Shown: positions 1 to 20,245, counted from the stretch's first letter. The stretch: DNA of 64,000 nt from Macrostomum lignano (GCA_002269645.1 NIVC01000149.1:1-64000); one strand, 5' to 3'. Notes: generated by a model from the sequence alone, not told the origin. Numbers and translations: made by a program.

Positions 1-7482
<7,482 letters not shown>

Positions 7483-7721
7483 CCGCCCTCTGGTAGCCGT
7501 TCGACATTTCTGCTCCCATGCAGTAATTTGAATTCGCTCCGGGAGTCCTGCTAAAGTTTTCCAAGACCGTCCCATTCTTCTAATTTGAGTGATCGTTTGA
7601 GTGAGCTCAAGTTCACTGTTCTCACCCTCGTTGCACTTGGTAAATTGTGCAAATATCGCTGCAGATCGGATTTTGGTGCAAATAGTTCATATTGCATTGT
7701 AAGTTATGCGCAAGGTTTAAA

Positions 7722-7938
7722 ACAGGCACCATTATAGTTTAACGGGGCGCAAAACTCAAAGATCGTGTACATTTTAGAGGCCTATTTCTTAGAAAAATAC
7801 GAGTACCCTGCGGAGATAAGAAAAAATAGCATATTGTGCATGTTAAATTAAAATAATGGCAATCCCCACTGCTCCAAATGAAATGCAATCAGGGATTTTG
7901 TTATCTACGTCCTGTTATACTACAGTGGTCCTTGGCTG
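7722..7938. mobile_element. Degenerate small non-autonomous DNA-transposon-like element or fragment
   Basis: 7741-7835 is an inverted homolog of 20595-20685. 7911-7938 matches 20680-20707 at 27/28 nt. The ends at ~7722-7750 and 7911-7938 are imperfect inverted copies of each other. Confidence 0.45.
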
Positions 7939-8276
7939 AAAATGAAGAGAGAACATTTTAGTAGGCAGGTTTTACTAAAAAAAAGCATTACGGAGAATGA
8001 AAGTTATCATTTCATCAGCACAAAGAATGTTACTGCTTTTGATGGGAGGAGGACTCGATGTTTATCTTTTGATATGCCTTGCCTTTCTTACGAGTATGGC
8101 TCTATTGATATTCATGGAGCTTTTCGTTTGTAAAATTAGGATTCTGTGTTAAATTTATATCTTACGTGCATGTCATATGCCTAAAAAAATCATAAAAAAT
8201 AGCAGAACTCGACTCATATGGGATTTATTAACCTATTTTATCATTCTGCTACACCTTTTGTTGCACATTTATTAAG

Positions 8277-8557
8277 GCTTTGTAGCCTAGAACTCACGAC
8301 TTAAAGGTCGGGGGTTCGATTCTTGACCCACTCGGAACAATTTGTGTCATTGAGCAAGAGACACTTAACTCTGCATTGCTTCAGTTCACCCAGCTGTAAA
8401 ATGGGTGCCAGCATTAGCTGGGGTAATTGAGGCTGTGTGTGGCGACCCCCCAGTCCTTGGACTGAACAGCCGTACGCAGCCTTCAGATGCGCCGTGCAAT
8501 AGCTGCGGCTGAGCTGTCGGTTGCACATCTGGCCATTAGGGCAGGTTATTATTATTA
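8277..8557 (+). mobile_element. tRNA-derived SINE family A (CORE/MIR-like central domain), copy 1
   Basis: B-box GGTTCGATTC; central TGTGTCATTGAGCAAGAGACACTTAACTCT...CAGCTGTAAAATGGG; (TTA)n tail. Homologous copies at 13120-13395 (-) and 20246-20540 (+). Confidence 0.85.
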
Positions 8558-9873
8558 AGGTAAGAATTATAGAATGAACTCATAAAACAATGCCATTTTT
8601 TTATTTTCAGGCACAGTGCACTTGTACGTAGGATATAAAATAAACGTAGAATCCTAATTTCATAAACGAACAGCTTCATGAATATCAATAAAGCTTTAAG
8701 AAAGACAAGACAGATCAAAAGATGATCATTGGGTCTGCCTCCTATCAAAAGCAATGACAATGTTTTGTACTGAAAAAATGAAAGCCTATTTATGTAAAAA
8801 AAATTTCTCGGTATAACCTGCCTCTTAAATTTTAAAAGAAACGTACTTTCCCGTCCTTCTAGTTGAGTAGTCCTTGAACTTTGAATGGAAATTTAGTGCC
8901 AATAATTAACTGAAAACTTCAGCTTGTATATCGCTAAATGCATTTTTGCATTCAACTACCTACAATGGCGTACTTTTAAAATGGTCAACAGATACTCATC
9001 AATGCAGCCCGAGGTGTTTGCAAATCTTAGTTGGTAGCAGCTGCTCCCAGCCTGAGTTGAGTGCACGGGGAAGGTTAGATCTGGCTCGTGCAGTGTTGCC
9101 CAGTCAGGCAAATACCGGATGCAGGGCTTGCCATTTCCGCTCACGCTAGCGCAGCGGGAGCAGGGGGCCCTAAGCGCCATATAGTGGTCGGCCTTCACGC
9201 AATGCTTTTCTCTTTAAGATATGCTTTTTGTCTTTCCTTTGAATAATTTTTTGCATTGAGGCGCTTGTCAAATGTGGGGTGAATTTGCAGAAATTTGGTC
9301 AGCCTCTTTTTTCTCTTTTTTTTCGCCGTAATCGTCTGCCTTTCTTTGCCGAGTTTCTCCAGGTGTTGTTCGGCTGTCAGCTGCTGATGAAAAAAATTAC
9401 TTTCGATTTTCTCTGCTTTTCCCAGACTCTTTTTTATTGGTTAATTCACTTGTTTTGCTTGCTCTTTGCTTTGCTATGCTCAACTAGTTGGGGTCCAGTT
9501 TACACACTCCCCCCACAAATATATTGAACTGCTCTGGTCACTGCTGTTATTAGAAGAGTAAAATCCATATTGGCAAAATGACATCGTGCCCTCATTTGTA
9601 TTGGCCTCGGAGTTGATTTCCAACTTGATTGATCAGTCCGATGCAGATAATGAGGACATGAAGCAACAGGAATGGCCGCGATAACGCATATGGGGGAAAT
9701 ACACCTCAAAGATAGTAGGATCGCCAAAAAACATGAGAACTTATAGGAATATGCTATCAATCTAGTAGGATTCATCTTAATTCATCATATAATAGCGCAT
9801 TGTACTTCTTATAGAGAATAAAATACCTCATATTGGGAGATTTGTGAGCATGGTGAGCACGAGTTACTCATTG

Positions 9874-12800
9874 TCAAGCATGCAGACTGTCTGAGTAGTT
9901 GACCAGGCAGGCATCTCCACAGCTGCCGTTCACCCAATCCCGCACCTTCAGCATGGCGATGCACTGCTCCACGTGTGGCCTCTCCTGTAGTTACCAAGAC
10001 AATGTGGGATTGAGCTATGTTTCCTTTGCATGAGTTGTCCATGAGTAGAGAGTACAAGATGCAGTCAAACATGACTTAGAAAAGAAGAGATGAGAGCCAA
10101 TCAGAAAGCAGTGAGGAGAGAGGGAAGAGAACATAAGCATGAGCACACAGGCGTAGGAAACGCACCACCCCCGCCTCACTCACCAGCACTGCGTGGTGCG
10201 TCATCTGCCGGATGAGAAAATCCACGCTCTTGTTGCCGTCCAGCAGAGCCGGCGCGAACTCCGGCGAGCCAGCAGGCGCGGAGGTGCCGTAGTAGCACTC
10301 CCACAGCATCACTCCCAGGGCAAACACGTCCGACTTGATGGAGTACTGCGGCCTGGGCGGCACCAGCTCGGGCGCCAGGTAGCCCTTCGTGCCTGCGAAG
10401 CTCGCCCCGGACATGGCCTCTTCGTTCTTGGCGAAGCCGAAGTCGCAGATGCGCAGCCGGGCGTCGCGTGGCGCGCCCGTAGCCTCGCCGATGTCGACGA
10501 GCACGTTCTCCAGCTTGAGGTCGCGGTGCAGGATGCGCAGCCGGTGCAAGTGCCGGACGCCAGCGAGAACCTGCTGGTAGAGGCCGAGACAGACGGGCAA
10601 GACGGCGTCCGGGTCGTCCGCCACCGCGGGCACCAGCTGCTTCCGGTGCTGCTTCAACAGTTGACGAAGGTTGCCCTTACACAGCGGCATCATGAGGCCG
10701 ATGCGGTTCAGCCTGGGAAAGTACAGGCAGCCTAGGCCGGGCAGCAGGTTCGGGTGCGGGTCATCGGCCAGCTCTCGGAGCATCTCTGCCTCGAGCAGCG
10801 CCGAGGCTGCCATGTTCGACCGGATCAGCTTCAGTGCCAGAGGCGGCTGCTGCTGGGGCAGGGCGAAAACTTCCGAGAAGTATGTGCTGCCGATTCGTTC
10901 GCCAATGAGCATCGCGTCCTCGACCTCGGTGCTAATGCCGAGGCGTCTGCAGCTCTCCGGTGGCAGCATTCCGTCGCCCAGCTGCACCGCTCCGTAGAGC
11001 TTGGCATCGGCGATGAGGTTCTGCAGGCGGACGTAGAGATTTTCGAGCTCCCCCAGCTGCCTTGAAGGGTCAAGCTGGTGCTGCTGCATAGTCTGCTGCG
11101 GAGCCTTCTCCGGCAGAATGCAGTACCGGTCCACAAACTTGCTCATCTTGTCAACGTCCTGCTGTAGGAAGCGTCGCGTGGGCACAAAGAAGTTTTTGTT
11201 GATGAAGTTTTTGGAGAGTTTGTCCAAGTAGTCCCAGGCGTCGTCGCGCAGCTTCTCGGGTGACTCGTGCGCGCTCCTTCGCTTTGGTGCCCGTCGTTTC
11301 GACGGCTGCCGGCGGATTGCGGACACCGGCCAGATATAGCCATTGTGATGGCAGCCAGCGGGACGAACAGCGGCATGCCGATGCCCACCGCCAAGCTCTG
11401 CGCCATACTGGACCGCATCGGCTGCCAGCCCAGCTGCCGGATGCCCACGCTGATGACCGTCTGGCTGCTCAAACTCCCCTCAAAATCCTCGCCACCGCCG
11501 ACCATCTCGAAGGCGGCACCGGAAGTTGAAGCCGAGGACGACTGCGTCGGAGACGGGGGCGGCGGCGCGCAAAACGAGTCGGAGGGGACGCAGAAAAGCA
11601 GCTCAGGGATGCACTGCGCCTGCTGCCGCAGGGCCCGAAGGTGCTGAACTCGTGACTCGGCGATGCAGCGGTCCAGCTCACTCAGAATCCGGGTGTGCCG
11701 GTTCCAGCCGTGCAGTTCCGCTGATACCATTTCCATGAGGGACCGCTGTAGCTGCTCCTTGCTCAGCTGCGGGTGCCGCAGGCTGTGCGCAACATAGGCC
11801 GAAGCGAGACGGTCTTTGACCTCCTGCTGGCGCAGGTGGGCCTGGATCTGCTCTGACAGTTTGCCAAGGCGGCTTTCAAACGAGCGCTGAAAGCTGCTCG
11901 CCGCTTTGCCCGCCGACTCCTGCAGTCGCTGCAAGTCGCCGAAGAAGCTGCGCTGCGGCCGGCGCTGCTCCTGGCCGGAGAAGTCATTTGAGCGCCGCTT
12001 GACGAGGATTCCCGCGTCACTGCGTTGAGCGCGGTGAGGCTCTTCACCAGCTGCCGCAGGCTGTCTCGCTGCAGCTGGCTCAGCTGCTCGCTCAGCAGGC
12101 CGTCCAGCTGCCAATCGCCATCGACTAAAAGGCGATGCCGTCGCTCCTCCGAGTCTTTCACAAAGTCGCGTAGAGCCGCGTCAACCAGGCCGCGGCTCGT
12201 CTCGATGAAGTCCGGACAGACCCTGGCGTCGATGGCGAACCGCAGCTGGCTCTGCTTCAGCGCGACAGTCGCCTGGGTGTCATCCAAGTGCAGCAGTACG
12301 CCGTGCTCAACGGCCTCCCCGATCTCGCTCTCCGCCTCGCCGGCGTCTTCGTCAGAGGACAGGCGCTGCAGGAAGATCGCGCAGCTTGGCATGAATCGGC
12401 GCAGTCGGCGGCGTGTGTACGGCGTCAGAAGCGGCGCCAGCACCAGCCGCAGGCTGTCTAGGCCGGGGCAGTTCGCCCGCAGCTCCCAGTCGTCAAACAC
12501 GTCATCGTATTCGACGCAGTCTCCGGTGTCCGATTCGTCTTCGTCGCTGCTGGCAGTCTGGGCCTCGGCCAGCCACTGCAGGGCGGCCACCCAGTCGATG
12601 AAGCTTCGCTGCCGCAGGTCGCCCGCATCGCCTGGCCGCTGCCGGTGAAGTCGACGGCGTTTCACCACGGCGACGCGGCCGTCGTCAGGCAGAGCGGGGT
12701 CGTGCTCCAGCCACAGCAGGCCGCCGTTCGCTGGCACTCGCCGGCTGCGCAGCGCCTCCAGCGATTCGCCAATCTCGCCAGAGAAGCAAGCGGCCAGGTC

Positions 12801-13040
12801 GACGACCGCCCCTCGGCCGCTGAATAAGAGGCCCGGCCGGCGGTTCGCCAGCTCGGCTGAGGCCGCTTGCGAGGCCTCCGCTGACTGGGCCGCCTGCCGG
12901 CAGAGGCCGCGCTCCAGCAGAAGGCAGCCTTTGAGGCCGCTTTGGATCTCGCCGATGGCGCCGTTACAGTAGGCGGTGAGGCGCGACTGGGACTTGGCGA
13001 ACTGGCCCAGGCAGCGCTGGACGGACTCGCTCAGCCGCAT
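9874..13040 (-). CDS. DSTYK/RIPK5-like protein kinase (~990 aa): long exon 13040-10184 with two 1-nt frameshifts (~12011, ~11340) plus terminal exon 9984-9874
   Basis: Kinase motifs LALK, HRDLKLEN, DFG, GTKGYLAPE, SDVFALG. GTGAGT donor at 10183 joins in phase 0 to ctacag|ERPHVEQCIAML..* (subdomain XI). Three overlapping ORFs join into one frame if one base is added at each of two short homopolymers (2857+2 nt = 953 codons). FAKNEEAMSG resembles the DSTYK activation segment (from memory). A strong acceptor precedes 13056, so a 5' exon or trans-splicing is possible. Confidence 0.8.
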
Positions 13041-13119
13041 GCCGGGATTGAATTGGCTGCGAGGGATGGGAAAAATTGTGCAGAACTTCAATTGCTAGTT
13101 TTATCCTTGCCGGTACTTG

Positions 13120-13395
13120 TACCCTAATGGACAATTGTGCAACCGACAGCTCAGCCACAGCTATTGCGCGGCGCATCTGAGGGCTGGGTATGGCTGTTCA
13201 ATCCAAGGACTGTGGGGTCGCCACACACAGCCTCAATTACCCCAGCTAATGCTGGCACCCATTTTACAGCTGGGTGGACTGAAGCAATGCAGAGTTAAGT
13301 GTCTTGCTCAAGGACACAAATTGTTCCAGTGGGATCGGTAATCGAACCCCCGACCTTCAAGTTGTAACAACGCTCTAACTAAGCACTTGGCTACA
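13120..13395 (-). mobile_element. SINE family A, copy 2
   Basis: Reverse complement reads GGGGTTGTAGCCAAGTG..TTAGAGCG..GGTTCGATTACC..TGTGTCCTTGAGCAAGACACTTAACTCT..CTGTAAAATGGG. Confidence 0.85.
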
Positions 13396-14027
13396 ACCCC
13401 CTAACAAGGCTATAATCCCCTAACTAGGCTACAACCCCCTAACTAGGCTACAACCCCCTAACTAGGCTACAGCCCACTAACTAGGCTACAACCCCCTAAC
13501 TAGGCTACAACCCCCTAACTAGGCTACAGCCCACTAACTAGGCTACAACCCCCTAACGAGGCTACAGCCCACTAACTAGGCTACAACCCCCTAACTAGGC
13601 TACAGCCCACTAACTAGGCTACAACCCCCTAACTAGGCTACAATCCCCTAACTAGGCTACAACCCCCTAACTAGGCTACAGCCCACTAACTAGGCTACAA
13701 CCCCCTAACGAGGCTACAGCCCACTAACTAGGCTACAACCCCCTAACGAGGCTACAACCCCCTAACTAGGCTACAACCCACTAACTAGGCTACAACCCCC
13801 TAACTAGGCTACAACCCACTAACTAGGCTACAACCCCCTAACTAGGCTACAGCCCACTAACTAGGCTACAACCCCCTAACGAGGCTACAACCCCCTAACT
13901 AGGCTACAACCCACTAACTAGGCTACAACCCCCTAACTAGGCTACAACCCACTAACTAGGCTACAACCCCCTAACTAGGCTACAACCCACTAACTAGGCT
14001 ACAACCCCCTAACGAGGTTACAACTCC
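13389..14027. repeat. 19-bp minisatellite (~33 copies) continuous with the SINE 5' end
   Basis: Units GGCTACAACCCCCTAACTA / GGCTACAGCCCACTAACTA. Confidence 0.95.
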
Positions 14028-14652
14028 CTCGGTGCTTCAAACATGGCATCAACGCTAACGATGGCCTAATAGGCGCTCTTTGATGTCGTATCGATATAGA
14101 ACTGAGCGCCATTTAACACCGTATTGCGCTCTTGAAAGTTTAGCAATCCAAGAGTGTGAAATAATACATTTTAAACTTTTCTTACCAATGAACTGAGCTG
14201 CACTGAAGCCAGAAGACTGCCTATAGTTACTGGTTGAAGCAAAAGCCACAACAAGGCGAACGGCGAATGTTTAAAAGGCGATAGATAAGATTACTGGCCC
14301 GAACACTTCGTGGCTTGAAAATTTTCACGTTTATGCTATATAACTGCGCGGCCTCGCGGCTAGGGGAGGGTCGTCAGTCCAGCGTACATCTTCGTGTACA
14401 TTCTCGATTAACCCACGGCTTCTTTCTAAACAGAAAACTTAGTGCCTTCAATGCTGAAAGCTGCCTAAAAGTGCTGACCAAGGAATATTTTTGTCGCTTT
14501 GGTCAAGCCTAATTCTCTTTCGAGGGCCTCCCGTGGAATTTTCCGCCCCTGATAATATCGTCATTGGTAAATAAAGCGCTGGTGCAATTCATTGACAACC
14601 GGTTTCAAGGATGGTCAGCAAAACAGGCTGATAAACACATAAGATAATGCTC

Positions 14653-14888
<236 letters not shown>

Positions 14889-15717
14889 TCAGAAGAACCT
14901 AGTATTATTTCTACAAGGCCACAACCGTTGCCTCAAAGGCCAGTTCTCTAACTTAAAAGCGCTTTGACTCGCAGCAGTACTTCAGCACACGCACGGAATT
15001 ATCGAAACGCAAACAGAAGCGATATTATAGCCGAGCTATGTCTCAAATCCCAAGCGCCGCATGGGGATGATATTATCTAAAAGCCCGGATACAAAAAGGA
15101 AATTTGCCTGCTCGAATCCCGTATACGCAAGATAGTTAGGAACGGTGTCGGATTTCTGAGAAAAAGACGTAGAAAGAGGCCACTGATCTTCGCATCCGCC
15201 ATGGGTCACTCGGGTTTCACGCTGCCAATCAGATAAAGATCCGCCCTTTTATAAATAAAAAAATTCTCGCTTTCTTTCGTAACAAATTTCAAGCTTTAGA
15301 ATAGTGTGCTCAACGATTCGATTGAAATGGGTGGGCTGCTCATGCCGTAAATGGCCACAGCAGCTAAAAATATCTTAAAAGGTCCGCATGCCACTCGGTG
15401 ACTTACTTAAGAGGTTGCCTCGTTGTTTCGGTGCACCAAACTGTAGTAGGCGATAATTAACCCGATCAAGTTGAGAATTCTCACTCGATGCAGCTGTAAG
15501 TGCCTCGCAATATTGTTATCGATTTGTTCTGAGTGAGTGAGTTATATTCTAGCATAAATGTACATCTTGGTTTGCATAATTCATGTACATCGTATTGTTC
15601 ACTTTTAGAACCTCAAATATATAATCGCTAACTTGGCCAGTTTAGGCCTCGCGTATTATTCTCGCTCAGCTTAAACCGCAGTCTTCAGACTTTACAGCAG
15701 CCACTGCCATAGAACTG

Positions 15718-15982
15718 CACTCGACCATGGACAACAAAGCCATGCTCTCGACCATAGACAACAAAGCCTTGCACTCTCGACCATGAACAACAAAGCCATG
15801 CTCTCGACCATAGACAACAAAGCCATGCTCTCGACCATAGACAACAAAGCCTTGCGCTCTCGACTATGAACAACAAAGCCATGCTCTCGACCATAGACAA
15901 CAAAGCCTTGCACTCTCGACTATGAACAACAAAGCCATGCTCTCGACCATAGACAACAAAGCCTTGCACTCTCGACCATAGA
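15718..15982. repeat. 27/29-bp minisatellite (~9 copies)
   Basis: Unit CTCTCGACCATAGACAACAAAGCC(ATG/TTGCA). Confidence 0.93.
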
Positions 15983-17060
15983 AAACTCTTTCTGGCTAAA
16001 AGACAACTAAGTAGAGAATTCAGAGCAGGTATTCCGGCAAGTATTTCTACATCTGGTGCTGATATTTATTAAGTTGTCTACTTGAATAACTTTTTATTTA
16101 CTTAATTGGCTTTATTGTCTGCGATCAAGTGCAGCTTTATGATAGTGACTCCTGCTGCTGCATGACCAACTGAAGTAGCTTGTAGATGGAGTTTTCCATA
16201 GACATATTCGGTCGAGAAATATCCGCGCTGAAAGAACCCCCGATTTCTCGTTGGATAAATCAATGATCTGATTCTAAAGCACAAGGGACTTAATTGTTGT
16301 TCGAGAAGGTCCACGACAATAACTTGAATTTAGTGCGCCTGAGTTGCTCCGTTTCAGCACAGTAAAGCTTGTCTGGTATATAAACAGGCGGAAGAATGGC
16401 TTTGGTATTCATACGAGCGGACTGTTAAGATTATGAAGACCTGCGGCTATTGAAAATTAGCATACAGCGGTAAACATTAATTCAGCTGCTTCTTAGTTTA
16501 CATACTGGTAGTTTCCTTCAATGTTGAAATCGGGCCCGAAGGCTTGAAACACTGTCAGATTCCTATCATGTCGTCGGAGACGCGCATGACGTCTCAAAAG
16601 CTACACTTCGCTCAGTGTCGCACAGTCCTGCGTCGCTGGCCGCGTAGATGGTACATGCACGCTGATCAAGATTCGAGCTCCACGCGGTCACTGATATAGA
16701 TCATGCATGGCAGTGGCTGGTCCTCAGCTTCAGGCAGTTTACACGTGCTTGCGCGATGACCTGCGAGACTGAACGATAAACACAACAGCACAACTACACC
16801 CCAAAGCAGCGGCGAGAATGCTACGGATAATCGCTTTAGCTTCGTGCATGCACAGGCCAGACACGTCTATAGTCGAGTGCTATTTTGGTGTTCTAAAAGA
16901 TGAAGCCTGCCTATCCGCACAGTTGCGGGTCTACAAACCATCAACAAGGAGACCTGCAACCAGCAGCGATCCACGCATTTGACTGGTGAAATCTATTTCT
17001 GCCAACAAACTACAACAAAATTAGCAAGAGACAAAACAACAGTTTTAGGTCAGTGTAGCA

Positions 17061-17175
17061 GGGGAGCCGTAGCCTAGTGGTCCATCGCGGCGCTCTGATG
17101 TGCCAGCGGCCCAGGCTCGGTTCCAAGTGCAGTCACATTAATCTGGGACTAAATTGGAATCTCGGCTTCGGCTCT
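17061..17175 (+). mobile_element. tRNA-derived SINE family B head, copy 1
   Basis: GGGGAGCCGTAGCCTAGTGG (A-box-like) ..GCTCGGTTCC (degenerate B box). Aligns over ~112 nt with the reverse complement of 60889-61000. Confidence 0.65.
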
Positions 17176-17321
17176 ATATAATGACTCGTAGTGTTAATTC
17201 TACTGCTTGAAGCCGTAAAATATTTTAACCTGTCTATGGTCGCACCTTATGGCTGAAGGAATTTGACGAGGGGAAGCAAATGGATACCCAGTTTGGCCAT
17301 AGACAACAAAACCAAAATCAT

Positions 17322-17712
17322 TGTCACTTGTCACTTGTCGCTTGTCACTTGTCGCTTGTCAACTTGTCACTTGTCACTTGTCGCTTGTCAACTTGTCACT
17401 TGTCACTTGTCGCTTGTCAACTTGTCACTTGTCGCTTGTCGCCTGTCGCTTGTCGCTTGTCAACTTGTCACTTGTCACTTGTCGCTTGTCAACTTGTCAC
17501 TTGTCGCTTGTCACTTGTCGCTTGTCACTTGTCGCTTGTCAACTTGTCACTTGTCACTTGTCGCTTGTCAACTTGTCACTTGTCACTTGTCGCTTGTCAA
17601 CTTGTCACTTGTCGCTTGTCGCTTGTCGCTTGTCGCTTGTCGCTTGTCGCTTGTCACTTGTCGCTTGTCAACTTGTCACTTGTCGCTTGTCGCTTGTCAC
17701 TTGTCACTTGTA
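17322..17712. repeat. 7-bp-based array (CTTGTCA/CTTGTCG/CTTGTCAA)
   Basis: Direct reading. On the minus strand it follows ATGAATAAAATACAAG. Confidence 0.96.
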
Positions 17713-18408
17713 TTTTATTCATAAAAACGGCCCTAGCGAAACGCAGAGTGGTTAAGTAAAGCCACAGTTAACTCATGTTGCCAAATTTTAACTGGATACT
17801 GCTCTACATTTAAGTCACTGAGGACGCTTCTAACGGTCTTGATTACTCGCAGTCCTTTACAAAGGGGAACTGATTCACTTTACGCGGATTTTAGCAGACT
17901 CTTGGACTTTTATAGCGTTCCTTAAGATGGGGCGGACTAGCCATGTATGGCTTGAGCATGCAGTGAGCTCAGCTTCCTTTCCTGCCTGTCTCCCACCCAT
18001 CATTTGCTTCTAAATACCCTTCAGATTGAGGCCAGCCAGTCCCTCTGCACCCAGCACTCCTCATCAGTTCAACTGTGAGCCCGATCTATACCGCATTCTT
18101 TGATCCTGTCAAGAGGAGAGCCACCTCGAGGGGTTACTGACTTAATGGAAGCCGCGGCTTATGCGCTGGCTAAAACAGATTGCAGTATTCCTCAGTAGCG
18201 GCGAACCGAATAATCAAAAAAGCTGCTAAGATTGAAGCCCCGATCAGCCTCGAGTCCGGAGCCTCTTATTGGCTCCCGTCGCTTCGTCAAATCCTTGCTC
18301 TCGGGCCTTTGGAGTCAGCGGAGCTGATAACTCGCTCAACATCTACGATGCAGTCTCAAGCCACACCCAGATTTTCAGAGTCTCAACTTCAACCAAAGGC
18401 TGTAAATC

Positions 18409-19512
18409 ATGTTCGAGCTAGTCAAGTTCTCTGGCAACTGCTCGCAGGTTATCAACGGAACGGATGAGGCTGCTAACGATTCGCGTGGCGAGTTTAAAGG
18501 CGTTTTCAAACTGGCAATCATCTTGATTGGGTCGATGAACCTTGTGCTCAACTCAATCTGCTTCTGCGTGTTCCTGCGCCACCGGCAGAAAGAGACGATC
18601 ATGCGCCTGCTGCTGCTGTTTCTGTCCGCCACGGAGATGCTCGCCAGCTTCGGCATGACCAGCGTGGAGGTGCTGCGCGGCCTGACGGAGATTGCACGCG
18701 ACCACGTCTTCTACGCGTCCTTCGCCGTCGCCAAGGCGACCATCGGCTACCTGAGCGCGGCCTGGGTGCTGGCCAACTCGGCCCTAATGGCCCGCAACTG
18801 GTGCATCGTGCTGATCGCTGCCACTCGCAGCGAGGTGGTGCTCCGGCCGTTCGCCCGCAACACCGGCCGCTGCTTCAGCCGCCGCCTGGTGGTGGCGAAT
18901 TTCGCCTGCATCGTCGGGCTCGGGCTGGCGTTCGGGCTGCCCAAGGCATCGCAGGAGGAGTTCCACTACTGCGCCGAGACACGCCGGATTTTCAACCGGG
19001 TGCCGCTGCTGCCGTTCGCCGGCTACAACGAGTTCTGCCTGGCCTCCATGTTCTTCCAGGCGGTGCTGCCCGTGCTGGCTGTGGGCGTCGCCTCCGTTGC
19101 CATGACGATGGGGCTGCGCCGGCACCAGCAGGGCCAGCAGGGTGGCCTGAACCCCAGCCAGCTGCAGTGCAACAAGGCCACCAGGACTGTACAGGTGCTG
19201 CTGCTGGCCTTCGTGAGCATGGAGCTGCCCATGTTCGTCATGGTGCTGGTGGGCCTGCGGCTGCCGGAGGAGAGCCGGTTCTGGGACGTGTTCATGAGCT
19301 ACGCCATGGAGGTGGCCAACCTGTGCATCAACCTGGACTCCACCTGCAACTTTTTTGTCTACATGTTCACCAACTCCGCCTTCAGAGATGTCGTCCTGCG
19401 AAGGCGTGGCGGCGGCCGAGGTGGAGGCGACAACAGGCAGCGGCAGCTCCTTCAGCTGCAGCAGCATCGGCAGCAGGCCTTGCTGCGTGGGAAATCGCCA
19501 AGCAATGGCTAG
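18409..19512 (+). CDS. Intronless class A (rhodopsin-type) GPCR, FMRFamide/peptide-receptor-like orphan, 367 aa
   Basis: Seven hydrophobic segments; N-terminal NCS sequon; TM1 GSMNLVLN; TM3 ARNWCIVLIAATRS; TM5 FQAVLP; TM6 FVSMELPMF; TM7 NLDSTCNFFVY followed by helix-8 NSAFR. An in-frame TAA lies two codons upstream of the ATG. Confidence 0.88.
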   Translation: MFELVKFSGNCSQVINGTDEAANDSRGEFKGVFKLAIILIGSMNLVLNSICFCVFLRHRQKETIMRLLLLFLSATEMLASFGMTSVEVLRGLTEIARDHVFYASFAVAKATIGYLSAAWVLANSALMARNWCIVLIAATRSEVVLRPFARNTGRCFSRRLVVANFACIVGLGLAFGLPKASQEEFHYCAETRRIFNRVPLLPFAGYNEFCLASMFFQAVLPVLAVGVASVAMTMGLRRHQQGQQGGLNPSQLQCNKATRTVQVLLLAFVSMELPMFVMVLVGLRLPEESRFWDVFMSYAMEVANLCINLDSTCNFFVYMFTNSAFRDVVLRRRGGGRGGGDNRQRQLLQLQQHRQQALLRGKSPSNG

Positions 19513-20245
19513 GTTAAACAAAAAATCAAGCTTAAGAAAAGGCAAAAACTCTCTTTATTTTGCTTTGCTTCGACAAGAATTCTGTTTTTAAATTTTTTTA
19601 TTATGGCTTGAACAACCTCCGATTCGTTCCTGTTTTCTGTTTGGCTCTCTGCACTTGATGATCCCGCTCGCAAGGCCAAGTGAATTCCCATAAATCCCCC
19701 CCATCCCTCGACTGATGTGATTCACTCAGCTTTGGTTACAAAAATAAAATAACCCAGACTTTGTCTCCAAACCTCTTGAATGTCTGTGAATAGCGTCTCC
19801 GCTGCATTATTGAACTGATTATAAAGAAGAAAAAATCGAACCTAGTCCAAGGCCTCAGCTTGCTCGCTGTTGTACTTTAGTGCCGCGTTTAGTCTCCATT
19901 TGTGGCGCGCCATCTTCAGACATAAAATTCAGATTTTTTTTGTTTCCCATTTTCGACTCAAGGCCCCGATGCGGCATGGGGTCAGATTACTGTGCCATTA
20001 CTGCCCTTCTTCACGATAAAAGCAATCGCTCGAGGGGGGGGGGCTAAGGGCTTAGCGCAACTGCTTTGTCACAGACGATACCTGCATGCAGGTGCAAGAG
20101 CGCCAAATACGTATAGATTGAATTGCTGCAAATTCTGTCTTTAAAAAGGCTGAAAAGTTGACAAAACAACAGTTTTTATTCATATTAGTACATTTGTATT
20201 GTAAAAGTCATGCAACAAGCCCAGCCAGAACCCCAGCCCCAGGGT

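Noticed and set aside
8280-8340. tRNA genes at SINE heads (also 13330-13395, 17061, 20246, 40950, 60940)
   Set aside because: Anticodon and acceptor stems do not pair fully and the sequences continue into shared SINE bodies.
11335-12020. Programmed ribosomal frameshifting in the kinase
   Set aside because: No X XXY YYZ slippery heptamer at either site; single-base homopolymer loss explains both more simply.
10193-12827. Plus-strand ORFs antisense to the kinase, and similar shadows over the GPCRs, KATNAL2 and RFC5
   Set aside because: Expected shadow ORFs of high-GC3 coding sequence; no motifs.
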